Positions 7,733 to 17,458 of a stretch of DNA of 64,000 bases are shown here, one piece after another. The notes below the pieces were generated by a model. That model saw nothing but the letters and a program-made list of their open reading frames with translations. It was not told the origin of the DNA and ran no database searches. A program made the translations under genes and the position numbers. Numbering within the stretch: position 1 is the stretch's first letter; every line of letters begins with the position of its first letter. This DNA comes from Thermoproteota archaeon (GTDB lineage Archaea > Korarchaeota > Korarchaeia > Korarchaeales > Korarchaeaceae), in assembly GCA_027492205.1 (NCBI GenBank), contig JAOZFN010000005.1, forward strand, positions 32,001-96,000, written 5' to 3'.

Positions 7733-8893
7733 ATGCGCTGGTCGATAAATTCGACGTTCGTCGTTGCCGTCTGGTCGTTGGCCCTACTGTTAGTGCTGCC
7801 GCTTAAGACGCTACCAGTCAGTTGCGAGCCGACACCAGAGGAGCCTCCGTATTTGATTGAGTTCAAGGCCTATGTTGATGTCTCGAGCGATGACGCCTCC
7901 AGGGTCACCATATCGGGCACGCTCTTCAATCCGGCAGGCTCCAGAACGGCCGTCAAAGCGGTCTCTATCCCACTTGGGCCGGCCGAACTGATAAAACTGG
8001 ATCCGTCGAGCGTTTCGACGTCCGAGGGAGCGCGGGTCGAGATCCTCGATGGACAGGACGCCACGTCTCTCGTCGTAGTCCTTCCCTCTCCGGTACCCCC
8101 GGGCGAGAAGGGAGCCTTTCAGGTATCCTACGTCGTCCTGCCCGGCGGCTATGTCAAGCCCTGGATGCCCATCGGCGGCAACTCTACGGCCGGAGGTTAC
8201 AGAATGTTCAACTTCAACCTATACAACCCCAATTTGACCATGGTCCAGGGCATCACCGACGTGCAGGTCACAGTCCTCCTTCCCAGGGATGCCCTGCTCA
8301 CCCAGCTCAGCCCGCTCATGAACCTTTTCTATCCCAACAAGCCGGTGATCGAGGCGAATCTGGTTACCAGAAGGACGCAGGTCAGCTGGACAAATCTTAC
8401 GGTGGCGCCCGGCGAGGGCAGGCTCTTTATCGTTACCTATTCCCTGCTGGGAACCCCCAGCCCGCCGCCTCAGTCCCAGCAGAGTCCCCCAGGGAATACC
8501 ACGTCGGGCCAGGTAGCCCCCATGAGTATGGTCGTCCTGGTGGGGTCCAACGGCCTCGCAGCCCTGACCTCGGCCGCGCTCACTTACCTGCTGCTCAGGC
8601 GCAAATTGACGCAGCCCAGAGAGGCCCCCACGGTGAAGGAGGAGGCCCCGCCAAAGACGGTCCTCTCCCAACTCTCTCCGGAGGAGATGAAGATCCTGGA
8701 AACCGTGCAGGCGGCCGGTGGATCTGTATCCCAGCGGGATATCCCGCCCATGGTGGGCTTCTCTAAGAGCAAGGTCTCTAGAATGCTCAAGAGGCTGGAA
8801 GAACTTGGGTTGATAAATAGAACCACCCTGGGGAGGACCAAACTGATCGAACTATCTGAGACGGCCTCTCGATTGCTGAGTTCCTCGGATTAG
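7733..8893 (+). CDS. membrane-anchored protein: signal peptide, extracellular beta-rich domain, Pro/Ser/Gln linker, TM helix, cytoplasmic winged-HTH (COG2512-like)
   Basis: Hydrophobic N-terminus; TM helix followed by RRK; C-terminal LSPEEMKIL...SQRDI...FSKSKVSRMLKRLEELGLI.R...GRTKLI wHTH. Confidence 0.8.
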   Translation: MRWSINSTFVVAVWSLALLLVLPLKTLPVSCEPTPEEPPYLIEFKAYVDVSSDDASRVTISGTLFNPAGSRTAVKAVSIPLGPAELIKLDPSSVSTSEGARVEILDGQDATSLVVVLPSPVPPGEKGAFQVSYVVLPGGYVKPWMPIGGNSTAGGYRMFNFNLYNPNLTMVQGITDVQVTVLLPRDALLTQLSPLMNLFYPNKPVIEANLVTRRTQVSWTNLTVAPGEGRLFIVTYSLLGTPSPPPQSQQSPPGNTTSGQVAPMSMVVLVGSNGLAALTSAALTYLLLRRKLTQPREAPTVKEEAPPKTVLSQLSPEEMKILETVQAAGGSVSQRDIPPMVGFSKSKVSRMLKRLEELGLINRTTLGRTKLIELSETASRLLSSSD

Positions 8894-8908
8894 GTCCCGG
8901 GTAAGAGG

Positions 8909-8997
8909 TGGTGCGGGGGGTGGGATTTGAACCCACGCGGGCCTACGCCCAGCGGATCTTGAGTCCGCCGCCTTGGACCAGGCTCGGCCACCCCCGC
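8909..8997 (-). tRNA. tRNA-Leu(CAA), CCA encoded
   Basis: Reverse complement GCGGGGGTGGCCGAGCCTGGTCCAAGGCGGCGGACTCAAGATCCGC, long variable arm, GTTCAAATCCCACCCCCCGCACCA. Confidence 0.96.
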
Positions 8998-9025
8998 CCG
9001 TGTGTGCTGATAGTGAGAGGACCTC

Positions 9026-9853
9026 CTATTTGACGTTTTTGCGGGCCGACCACCTCCCGGCTCTCTCGACTATCCTCCCGTAGAACCCCTCTGGTTCCGG
9101 ATACGTCCTAGCAAATCTCGGCCCATCCCCGACGAGCCTGATCCTCGCCTCCCTCTGTAGTGGGACTTCAACTTGGCCGTCTATGATTCCGACGAGGTCC
9201 CTGTTGGACTCCACCCTCACCTCGATGTTCATGGGTGCAACGAAGGAGGTGACCGGCACTATCATGCTTGGCGGCCAGGCTGCCAGCGGGGCGGCCACCA
9301 GGGCGTCGACCCTGGGGTCGACTAGCGGTCCGCCAGCAGACAGCGAGTAAGCCATCGACCCCAGCGGGGTCGCGAATATCAAGCCATCCGCAATGAACGA
9401 GTTCACAAACGCCCCACCAACGTACACCGAGAGCTTGCTTGCCTTCCCCCTGATGCCACAGGCCAGCAGAACCTCGTTTAACGCGGGGGAAACCGGAACT
9501 CCCTCGAGCCGGACGGCTGGGTGCGTGACGACCTCATAGTCCCCCTCGACAAGCCTCCTGAGACCTTTCTGGAGGCTACCTTCATCCAACTCCATTAGGA
9601 GTCCGTACGTTCCGTCCTTGACGCCGATCAAAGGGAGGGCTCCCCTTGAGTCGTGATAGGCCTTTAGCAGGGTTCCATCACCGCCGATCGCCATGACGAT
9701 GGCGCCGGGCCTGGACTCGACCGGCGAGGGCTCTCTGAGTATCTCTACTCCGTGGTCAGAGAGGAACCTGACCGCCCTCTCGGCCAGCCTGGATGCCTCC
9801 GGGCTATCCTCCCTCACGTACAGGTGAACCCTCTCTATCGGGTGAGCTCTCAT
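9026..9853 (-). CDS. nadK: NAD(+) kinase
   Basis: GGDGT, LNE, ADGLIFATPLGSMAYSLSAGGP. Confidence 0.93.
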   Translation of the reverse strand: MRAHPIERVHLYVREDSPEASRLAERAVRFLSDHGVEILREPSPVESRPGAIVMAIGGDGTLLKAYHDSRGALPLIGVKDGTYGLLMELDEGSLQKGLRRLVEGDYEVVTHPAVRLEGVPVSPALNEVLLACGIRGKASKLSVYVGGAFVNSFIADGLIFATPLGSMAYSLSAGGPLVDPRVDALVAAPLAAWPPSMIVPVTSFVAPMNIEVRVESNRDLVGIIDGQVEVPLQREARIRLVGDGPRFARTYPEPEGFYGRIVERAGRWSARKNVK

Positions 9854-9904
9854 GAGGCTCGCGATCCCTGGCTTCAGCCAAGTTATTAGGCTGAGGCCCT
9901 CACC

Positions 9905-10480
9905 TTGCAGAAGGTGGGACTCCTACCCACGCTGTCGGCCGAGACGTCAAATCTGCTGATTAGTCTCTCAGAGATCCGAGTGAAGGTGATTAAGACTGTA
10001 GAGGGCCTTCCTGAGGAGTTCCCATGGCCGCTGAAGAAGGGCATGGAGATCGACGTCCCCGCGTGGCTGGCCGACACTCTAACATCGCTGGGAGTCGCAG
10101 AATATGCGGACCCCTTGGACCTCAAGTCATTCGAAACCCTTCTCAGTAAGGAGCTGGTGACCTCCCGCCTCACGAGACTCCCGCCGGCTACGTTCACATG
10201 GTTCCTGCGAGAGAGAAAGAAGATCGAGGTCGAGGCAGGCGATCCGCTCGCCGCGCGAAGGCTCTACATAACCGGGCGGGACCTGATCAAGAAGAGACTG
10301 TCTAAGGCCCTCAGATACGCTGTTCTGGCAACCGAATCTGAGGTCGTCGAAAAGAGGCTTGTAGAGAGGCTAACTCCACCTGAACGAGTTGTCTACGCTC
10401 AGATCAGGCTTATAATCGGTAGGTGGATAAGCTTACTCTTGGGCGAGAAGGGGGAGGATGGGGGAGACCGCGGAGTTTGA
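9905..10480 (+). CDS. GINS complex subunit, GINS23 (Psf2/Psf3-like); exact start uncertain
   Basis: N-terminal B-domain (KKGMEIDVPAWLA..L...G) then helical A-domain (KRLSKAL, LTPPER.VY); overlaps the mcm start. Confidence 0.8.
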   Translation: MQKVGLLPTLSAETSNLLISLSEIRVKVIKTVEGLPEEFPWPLKKGMEIDVPAWLADTLTSLGVAEYADPLDLKSFETLLSKELVTSRLTRLPPATFTWFLRERKKIEVEAGDPLAARRLYITGRDLIKKRLSKALRYAVLATESEVVEKRLVERLTPPERVVYAQIRLIIGRWISLLLGEKGEDGGDRGV

Positions 10481-13400
10481 CGGGGACCTGGTCGCCGTCT
10501 ACGAGGATTTCATCGTCACGTTCGTTGACGAGGCCGGGGAGAGGAAGTATCTTAACAAGATACCGGAGATGGTGGAGTCTCGAAAGAGATCCCTGAGGGT
10601 GGACTACCAAGACCTCTTCTCCCACCTCCCCTCCAGGGAAATTGCGAAGGATCTGCTGGTGAACCCACAGCGTCACCTCGAGGCCGCCTCCCTGGCCTTG
10701 GCTAGATTAGTAAGGAGGTACGGCGACATCTCCGGGGAGGAGTTAGAGCTTTACGCTTCCGGTAAGTTCCACGTCAGGTTCTACAACCTACCCACGACGG
10801 CGTCCATAAGAGACCTCCCATCCTACTCCCTCGGAAGGTTTGTCCAACTCTCCGGAATAGTCATCCGCGTCTCCGACGTATTCGACAAGCCAGTGAAGAT
10901 CGCCTACGTGTGCCGGAACCCAGACTGCCCGGACTACGGAGTTCCGCTCCTTTTAGATCCCATGGAACCCAAACCAAAGACCTGCCCGACCTGCGGGAAA
11001 GCCACACTAAAGAGGGACTTGGAGAAGACCGAGCTGGTCAGCTGGCAGGTTATTCGGGTTCAGGAGCGGCCTGAGGACCTCCCGCCTGGAGCCATGCCTA
11101 AGCACGTAGATGCCATCCTAACCGACGACCTCGTCGACGAGGTCAAGCCGGGCGACCGGGTGACTCTCACCGCCATAATCAACCTTCGTCCGGCGCGTCG
11201 GCAAGAAGACTCCGGTTACGGCATCCTGTTCAAGAGGTACCTCGTCGTGAACGATGTGGAGGTTCCGACAAGGACGTACGAGAAGATCGAGATAACACCG
11301 GAGGACGAGAGAGCGATATTGGAGTTAGCGCGTGACTCCAAGCTCGAGGAGAAGATCGTCGACTCGATAGCTCCTTCGATCTACGGCCACAGGATCAAGA
11401 AGAAGGCGATAGCCCTGGCCCTCTTCGGAGGGAACCCGGTAGTCCTTCCGGATGGGACCCGAATAAGGGGCGAGATTAACCTCCTCTTCGTGGGAGATCC
11501 GGGCACGGCGAAGTGCGTGAGTAGAGACACGCTGGTGTTAACCAAAGATGGCCCGACTCGAGTGGACTCGCTCATAGACGAGTCTACGGCGTTTGATGCC
11601 CCAGACGGGAAGGTCAGCAGGGTCAACACGAGGGTTCTCTCCATGTCTCCGACTCTCTCCTTGGATTGGGTGGACCCCACGGCGGCCGCAAAGCGCTCTC
11701 AGAACAGCGATCTCTTGGAGGTCCGCACCAAGACCGGCCTGCGGATTAAGGTGACAAAGAACCACCCGTTTCTTGTCCTAGACACCGACGGCTACGTTAA
11801 GTACCTCCCGGCGTCTGAGCTGAGGCCGGGTAGCTTTGTAGCCATCGTGGGCAGCTTTCAGCCGCCGAACGTTCATCCTCCCGTCACCCACTGGATCCAG
11901 ATCACACCTTCCCTCATGGAACTCCTCGGAATCTTGCTCACCAGGGCGAGGATCCTCGACGCCGGTCGAGGGAGAGAATACCATCTTCTACTGCCACCAA
12001 GCGCCGCGCAGAGATTTGCCGAGCTGGCCAAAGAAGTCGGAGTCGTAAGGTTGGAGGAGCACGGAAGGCTCTGTCACGTGAGGCTCCGCGTGAAGAAGAG
12101 GCTGGCAGCTGATCTCTCGAGACTGATACCCACACTTGACGGCCACCCGAGCACCCGCGAAATCCCATTTTGGATCGTCTCAGCCGAAGTTTCTCACCTA
12201 GTAGCCTTCCTGAAGGGATATCTCAGGGCAGAGTCGTCCTACCTAAAGAAGACTCGTTGTCTGGCAATCGTGGCCCGCAATCCGAAGATCATGCATCAGC
12301 TCCGCCTGATCCTCTCCAGGCTGGGCGTGACACACCCCAGGATTCAGCCCTCCAAGTCGGGCCATCGACTCCTCTTGTCGGCCTCTCAGATCTCCGTCCT
12401 CAACCAAAACGTTGATCTATCCGAGATCCTGCCAGCGGAGGCGTTAATCAAGCGAGACACAGGTGGTTCCGATCTAAGCGACAAGATCCCGCACGTAGGG
12501 AAGATCCTCCACCGGATAAGGCGATCACTCGGCGTCTCCCGGGAAAAGCTGGGAATTCCGATCTCCACGCTCATACGGTACGAGAGGGGTCTCGCCCACA
12601 TCCCCAGGTCTCGCCTCAGGAAGGTCTTGCTGGAGCTCGAGAGGGCCGCGGGGGACCTCCTCAGGTCATACCCAACAGGACGGGAGATCAGGCGTGAGCT
12701 GGCCTACCTCAACATGCTAGTTGAGTCTGACGTGGCCTGGGATGAGGTGGAGTCCGTCAGGACGGTCCACGGGGACGGCTGGGTGTACGACGTGGAGGTT
12801 CCCTACAACAGGAACTTCGTAGCGAACGGCTTCATCGTACACAACAGCCAGCTGCTCAAGTACACTGCTCAGATAGCGCCGAGAGGACTCTACACTACGG
12901 GCAAGGGGGCAACGGCCGCAGGGTTGACCGCTGCGGTCGTCCGCGACGCGGCGACGGGCGGATGGACGCTGGAGGCGGGCGCACTGGTTCTGGCGGACAG
13001 GGGGGTCGCCTGCATAGACGAGTTCGACAAGATGAACGAGAATGACAGGAGGGCGATCCACGAAGCCATGGAGCAGCAGACGATATCCATAGCGAAGGCG
13101 GGGATAGTGGCAACGCTGAATGCCAGAACGACCATAATCGCGGCCGCCAACCCGAAGTATGGTAGGTACGATCCTTTGAGGAGCCCTGCCGAGAACATAA
13201 ACCTCCCGCCCACGATCCTCTCGAGGTTTGACCTGATCTACTTGATCAAGGACGTGCCGGAGGAGGACTACGACGCCGGGGTTGCGGACCACATTCTGAA
13301 GGCTAGAATGGGCGTAAACCCGGACGTGGAGCCCGCCATCCCACCAGACCTCCTGAAGAAGTACGTAGCGTACGCCCGCCAAAGAATAAGGCCCCAGATG

Positions 13401-13916
13401 ACTGAGGAAGCCTCTAGGGTGATCAGGGAATTCTACCTGAGCATGAGGAGAGAGGTCGGAAAGCTGGCGGGTGAGATGGAGGGGCCGCTCCCAATTCCGC
13501 TCACCGCCAGGCAGCTGGAGGCCCTGATAAGGCTGGCCGAGGCCAGGGCGAGGATGTTCCTTCGATCCTACGTCACGGAGGAGGACGCCCTGACGGCGGT
13601 CGAGCTCATGAGGGAGATGCTCTACGACGTCGGCCTCGATCGGACCACCGGGATGCCAGACATGACGGGCGTCGTTGGGGCGTACATGTCGGCCACTAGG
13701 AGGCGGGAGGAGCTGATGAAGCTCCTGAACGAGATGGCGACAAAGGCGGACTCGAGGATGGTCTCGGAGGAGGAATTCATCAGGGAAGCGATGGAGGTCC
13801 TCCAGATCGAGGAGAGAATTGTGAGGAACGAGATCCGCGTCCTCAGGGAGAACGGGCTCATATACTCCCCAAGGCCTGGATTCCTGAAGCCCGCGTCGGG
13901 CTCCACGGCGCTATAG
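10458..13916 (+). CDS. mcm: replicative MCM helicase, contains a 444-aa intein
   Basis: Zn finger, QERPE..PPG.MP, Walker A GDPGTAK|SQ, GLTAAV, IDEFDKM, HEAMEQQ, LSRFDL, TARQLE. Confidence 0.97.
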   Translation: MGETAEFDGDLVAVYEDFIVTFVDEAGERKYLNKIPEMVESRKRSLRVDYQDLFSHLPSREIAKDLLVNPQRHLEAASLALARLVRRYGDISGEELELYASGKFHVRFYNLPTTASIRDLPSYSLGRFVQLSGIVIRVSDVFDKPVKIAYVCRNPDCPDYGVPLLLDPMEPKPKTCPTCGKATLKRDLEKTELVSWQVIRVQERPEDLPPGAMPKHVDAILTDDLVDEVKPGDRVTLTAIINLRPARRQEDSGYGILFKRYLVVNDVEVPTRTYEKIEITPEDERAILELARDSKLEEKIVDSIAPSIYGHRIKKKAIALALFGGNPVVLPDGTRIRGEINLLFVGDPGTAKCVSRDTLVLTKDGPTRVDSLIDESTAFDAPDGKVSRVNTRVLSMSPTLSLDWVDPTAAAKRSQNSDLLEVRTKTGLRIKVTKNHPFLVLDTDGYVKYLPASELRPGSFVAIVGSFQPPNVHPPVTHWIQITPSLMELLGILLTRARILDAGRGREYHLLLPPSAAQRFAELAKEVGVVRLEEHGRLCHVRLRVKKRLAADLSRLIPTLDGHPSTREIPFWIVSAEVSHLVAFLKGYLRAESSYLKKTRCLAIVARNPKIMHQLRLILSRLGVTHPRIQPSKSGHRLLLSASQISVLNQNVDLSEILPAEALIKRDTGGSDLSDKIPHVGKILHRIRRSLGVSREKLGIPISTLIRYERGLAHIPRSRLRKVLLELERAAGDLLRSYPTGREIRRELAYLNMLVESDVAWDEVESVRTVHGDGWVYDVEVPYNRNFVANGFIVHNSQLLKYTAQIAPRGLYTTGKGATAAGLTAAVVRDAATGGWTLEAGALVLADRGVACIDEFDKMNENDRRAIHEAMEQQTISIAKAGIVATLNARTTIIAAANPKYGRYDPLRSPAENINLPPTILSRFDLIYLIKDVPEEDYDAGVADHILKARMGVNPDVEPAIPPDLLKKYVAYARQRIRPQMTEEASRVIREFYLSMRREVGKLAGEMEGPLPIPLTARQLEALIRLAEARARMFLRSYVTEEDALTAVELMREMLYDVGLDRTTGMPDMTGVVGAYMSATRRREELMKLLNEMATKADSRMVSEEEFIREAMEVLQIEERIVRNEIRVLRENGLIYSPRPGFLKPASGSTAL
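11514..12845 (+). mobile_element. intein in MCM Walker A (CDC21-a site), degenerate LAGLIDADG plus XRE-like HTH
   Basis: GTAK|CVSRDT...TKNHPF...VYDVEVPYNRNFVANGFIVHN|SQLLK; endonuclease blocks LLGILLTRA and FLKGYLRAES lack the DG signature. Confidence 0.95.
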
Positions 13917-13932
13917 AAGGAGGAGCAGCCTG

Positions 13933-16089
13933 ATGTCCGTTCGAGACCTCCTACCTCCGGAAGTCGCGGACATCCTCACCGAGTGGGGCATCTCAGAACT
14001 CTTCCCGCCGCAGGTGGAGGTGGCCCGGAGGGGACTGGTGAGGAAGGGCAACTTCGTGCTCGCATCCCCGACGGCCAGCGGCAAGACCTTGGCCGCCGAG
14101 ATCGCCGCACTGCACGACCTCTTACACGAGGGAAAATGCGTTTACGTGGTTCCCCTCAGGGCGATCGCATCTGAGAAGTACGAGTCGTTTAGGGCGCGAT
14201 ACGGGCCCCTCGGGTTCTCCGTCAGGATGTCCGTGGGAGACTACGACTCCTCGGAGGAGCCTCTGGGCAGGCACGACGTGATTATCACCACCTACGAGAA
14301 GCTAGACTCGATAATCCGCCACGATCCAGCCTGGCTCTCCGAGCTCACGACCGCGGTCTTCGACGAGATACACTTCGCCCACGACTCCGAGAGGGGGCCG
14401 ACCATTGAGATGACCGTGGCGAAGCTCATCGACTCCAACCCCAACATCAGGAGAATCGCCCTCTCGGCCACGGTCGCCAATCTGGAAGAGGTGTCTGCCT
14501 GGCTCGAGGCCGAGCCGATCTCAGTCCCCTGGAGACCGGTCCCCCTGAGGGTGGGCGCCTACTCAAGGTCGGGCGGGATCATCCTCTGGGAGGATGGGGG
14601 GGAGGAGAAGATTCCTAGGAGGACGGGGATGCCAGAAGTGGATCTCGCACTGAGGTCCGCCCGCGACGGCGGACAAGTCCTCATCTTCTACCCAACTAGG
14701 AGATCATCGGTCGCGGGCGCCTTCAAGGTTGCCAGGGCCCTGTCGGCTCACATGATTGGGTTCGACAGAGACGCCACCCGGGAGCTGGCCGAATCCATCC
14801 TGAGCCTAGAGCCGAGGACGCGCCTCCTGGAGAAGCTGGCTGAGGCATGTAGAGGGGGGGCCGCATTCCACCACGCGGGCCTTCCTTACAAGGCCAGGCG
14901 GACGGTGGAGGAAGCGTTCAGGAGGGGCGTACTGCTCGCGATAGCGGCCACCCCGACTCTCGCGGCCGGGGTAAATCTCCCCGCCAGGACGGTCGTGATA
15001 AAGAGCCACAAGAGGTACGACCGCACCAAGGGGAGGCAGGCCCCCATAACGGTCATGGAGTTTCACCAAATGGCAGGGAGGGCCGGCAGACCCGGATTCG
15101 ACGAGGTCGGCGAGGCCATAGTCGTCGCTTCAAGTCAAAAGGACGCTGAGGAGCTGCTCAGAGAGTACTCGGCGGGGAAAATCGAACCAATAGTCTCCAA
15201 GCTCGACGACCCCCACAAGTTCAGGACGCACCTTCTCTCCCTCATAGTTCTCAAGTCTCCAGCGTCGGCGAGGGATGTGTCCACGGTGTTGGAGCGCACC
15301 CTCCTCCACATTCAGGCCGGTGAGGAGGTGGTGTCTCGGCTGATACCGCCGGCCCTGGACTTTCTCGTTCGAGAGGGCTTCGTGAGGGAGGTCTCCGGTG
15401 GTAGGTTGGCGGCCACGATGTTCGGCATCAGGACCGCTCAGCTCTACGTGGACCCGGTGTCCGCCCTGATGATGGCCAAGGCGTCCGAGAGACTGTTGTC
15501 CGTGGACGAGAGAGTGAGGGACGCGTCGGCGCTCCACCTGATAGGTCTCCTCCCAGACATGTACAAGGCGCCCGTCAGATCCAGGGAGCCCCCTGAGGTT
15601 GAGGAACTTTTGGAGGAAATTGAACCGCTGATACCACCGGAGGAACTCCCGCTTGAGGTTACCTTCAGCTGGTTCTCGGCCGTGAAGATGGCCGCCGTGC
15701 TCAGGGCATGGATCGAGGAAGCGCCCGAGGCCCTCATCGAGGAGACATACGGCGTCGAGCCGGGAGACCTGAGGAGCTACGTGGAGGTTGCGACCTGGCT
15801 GGCGTACGCGTTTTCCGAGATAGCCAGGCTGTTTGGTAGGCCGAAGGAGGCCGCATATTTGAGGAACCTATCCGCGAGGCTGGAGGCTGGGGTGAAGCAG
15901 GAGATACTCCACCTGACCAGGATTCCGGGCGTCGGCAGGAGGAGGGCGAGGCTCCTGTACTCGGCTGGGTTCAAGACGCTAGAGGACCTGGCAAAGGCGA
16001 GCCCGAAGGCACTCCAGGCCATCCCCGGTATAGGCCCCAAGCTGGCCGAGAATATCATAAGGGAGGCAGCCGCCCTCCTGCCGAGGTGA
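13933..16089 (+). CDS. hel308: Ski2-like ATP-dependent DNA helicase Hel308/Hjm
   Basis: PTASGKT, TYEKLDS, DEIH, LSAT, HHAGL, TPTLAAGVNLPA, QMAGRAGRP, C-terminal HhH with RRRAR. Confidence 0.95.
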   Translation: MSVRDLLPPEVADILTEWGISELFPPQVEVARRGLVRKGNFVLASPTASGKTLAAEIAALHDLLHEGKCVYVVPLRAIASEKYESFRARYGPLGFSVRMSVGDYDSSEEPLGRHDVIITTYEKLDSIIRHDPAWLSELTTAVFDEIHFAHDSERGPTIEMTVAKLIDSNPNIRRIALSATVANLEEVSAWLEAEPISVPWRPVPLRVGAYSRSGGIILWEDGGEEKIPRRTGMPEVDLALRSARDGGQVLIFYPTRRSSVAGAFKVARALSAHMIGFDRDATRELAESILSLEPRTRLLEKLAEACRGGAAFHHAGLPYKARRTVEEAFRRGVLLAIAATPTLAAGVNLPARTVVIKSHKRYDRTKGRQAPITVMEFHQMAGRAGRPGFDEVGEAIVVASSQKDAEELLREYSAGKIEPIVSKLDDPHKFRTHLLSLIVLKSPASARDVSTVLERTLLHIQAGEEVVSRLIPPALDFLVREGFVREVSGGRLAATMFGIRTAQLYVDPVSALMMAKASERLLSVDERVRDASALHLIGLLPDMYKAPVRSREPPEVEELLEEIEPLIPPEELPLEVTFSWFSAVKMAAVLRAWIEEAPEALIEETYGVEPGDLRSYVEVATWLAYAFSEIARLFGRPKEAAYLRNLSARLEAGVKQEILHLTRIPGVGRRRARLLYSAGFKTLEDLAKASPKALQAIPGIGPKLAENIIREAAALLPR

Positions 16090-16093
16090 CGCC

Positions 16094-17458
16094 TTGCCCG
16101 TACACCCGGTGGAGTATAGATACGGATCGCCTCAGATGCGAGAGATCTTCGATGTCCACAATCGGTACAAATTGATGCTAGAGGTAGAAGCTGCCCTAGC
16201 GAGAGCGGAAGCGGAAGAGGGTCTGATCCCAAGAGAGGCGGCAGAGGCAATTGAATCAGCCGTTCGGGAGGGCAGAGTGAGAGTCGAGAGAATACTCGAA
16301 CTGGAGGGGGAGGTCAAACACGAGACGATGGCGGTCGTGCTGGCTCTTGCCGAAGCCTCCGGGCCTCTGGGGGAATATGCCCACTTCGGAGTGACTTCAA
16401 ACGACATCTTGGACACCGTCTTGGCCCTTCAGATCAAGAGGGCCTGCGGGATAATCCGCGAGAAGCTGGCCAGGCTCACGCTCGAAGTGGTTCGCAGGGG
16501 TCGAGAGACGCTCGACCTGGTCGCGCTCGGGAGGACTCACGGGATGGCAGCCCTCCCAATACCCTTCGGCTTCAAGTTCGCCGTGTGGAGCTCGATCCTC
16601 GTCCGAAACCTGGATAGGCTGGCGGCCGCAGAGGATAGGGCCGCCAGGGGCAAGATAGCCGGAGCCGTGGGCACAATGGCCGGCCTCCAGGGAGTCGGCA
16701 GGAGGATCCAGGAAAGGGTTATGGAGATTCTAGGGCTTGAACCCTCTGAGATATCCACTCAAGTGGTTCCACGCGACTCGCTGGCCGAGCTCATAACCAC
16801 TTTGGCGCTGATCTCGTCGACGCTCGACCTAATGGCCAACGAGGTGAGGAACCTCCAGAGGACGGAGATCGGGGAGGTCGAGGAGCCGTTTGAGGAGCGG
16901 AGACAGGTGGGATCCAGCACGATGCCCCACAAGAGAAACCCCATAATGTCGGAGAAGGTCTGCGGGCTGGCCAGGGTCATGAGGGGGCTCGCGGTGGCCG
17001 CCCTCGAGAACGTGGTCCTGGAGCACGAGAGGGACCTCACGAATAGCTCTACGGAGAGGATAATCGTGCCGGAGGCCTTTCTCCTTCTAGACGAGCAGCT
17101 GGAAACCATGATCAAGGTGGTCTCAGGCCTAAGGATCAGGAGGGAGGCCATCGAGTCAAACCTGAGGAGGGTCGCCAGCCTGATAATGTCAGAGCGGGTC
17201 ATGCTGGAGCTGGCCAGGAAAGGACTCGGTCGGCAGAGGGCCCACGAACTCGTCAGATCCCTGGCGATGCGGGCCATCTCGGAGAAGAAGCAGCTGGCGG
17301 AGGTCCTAAAGGCCTCGCCCGAGGTTACCTCGCTGCTCTCTCTCGAGGAGATAGACGCCCTGATGGAACCCTCTACGTACCTCGGCGAGGGACCCGAGCT
17401 CGCGAGGGCCGCCCTAGACAGGGCAGAGGAGGCGGCCAGGGCGGCGATATCCGGTTGA
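16094..17458 (+). CDS. purB: adenylosuccinate lyase
   Basis: RYGSPQM, HFGVTSND, GRTHG, GAVGT, GSSTMPHKRNP, HERDL. Confidence 0.97.
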   Translation: MPVHPVEYRYGSPQMREIFDVHNRYKLMLEVEAALARAEAEEGLIPREAAEAIESAVREGRVRVERILELEGEVKHETMAVVLALAEASGPLGEYAHFGVTSNDILDTVLALQIKRACGIIREKLARLTLEVVRRGRETLDLVALGRTHGMAALPIPFGFKFAVWSSILVRNLDRLAAAEDRAARGKIAGAVGTMAGLQGVGRRIQERVMEILGLEPSEISTQVVPRDSLAELITTLALISSTLDLMANEVRNLQRTEIGEVEEPFEERRQVGSSTMPHKRNPIMSEKVCGLARVMRGLAVAALENVVLEHERDLTNSSTERIIVPEAFLLLDEQLETMIKVVSGLRIRREAIESNLRRVASLIMSERVMLELARKGLGRQRAHELVRSLAMRAISEKKQLAEVLKASPEVTSLLSLEEIDALMEPSTYLGEGPELARAALDRAEEAARAAISG

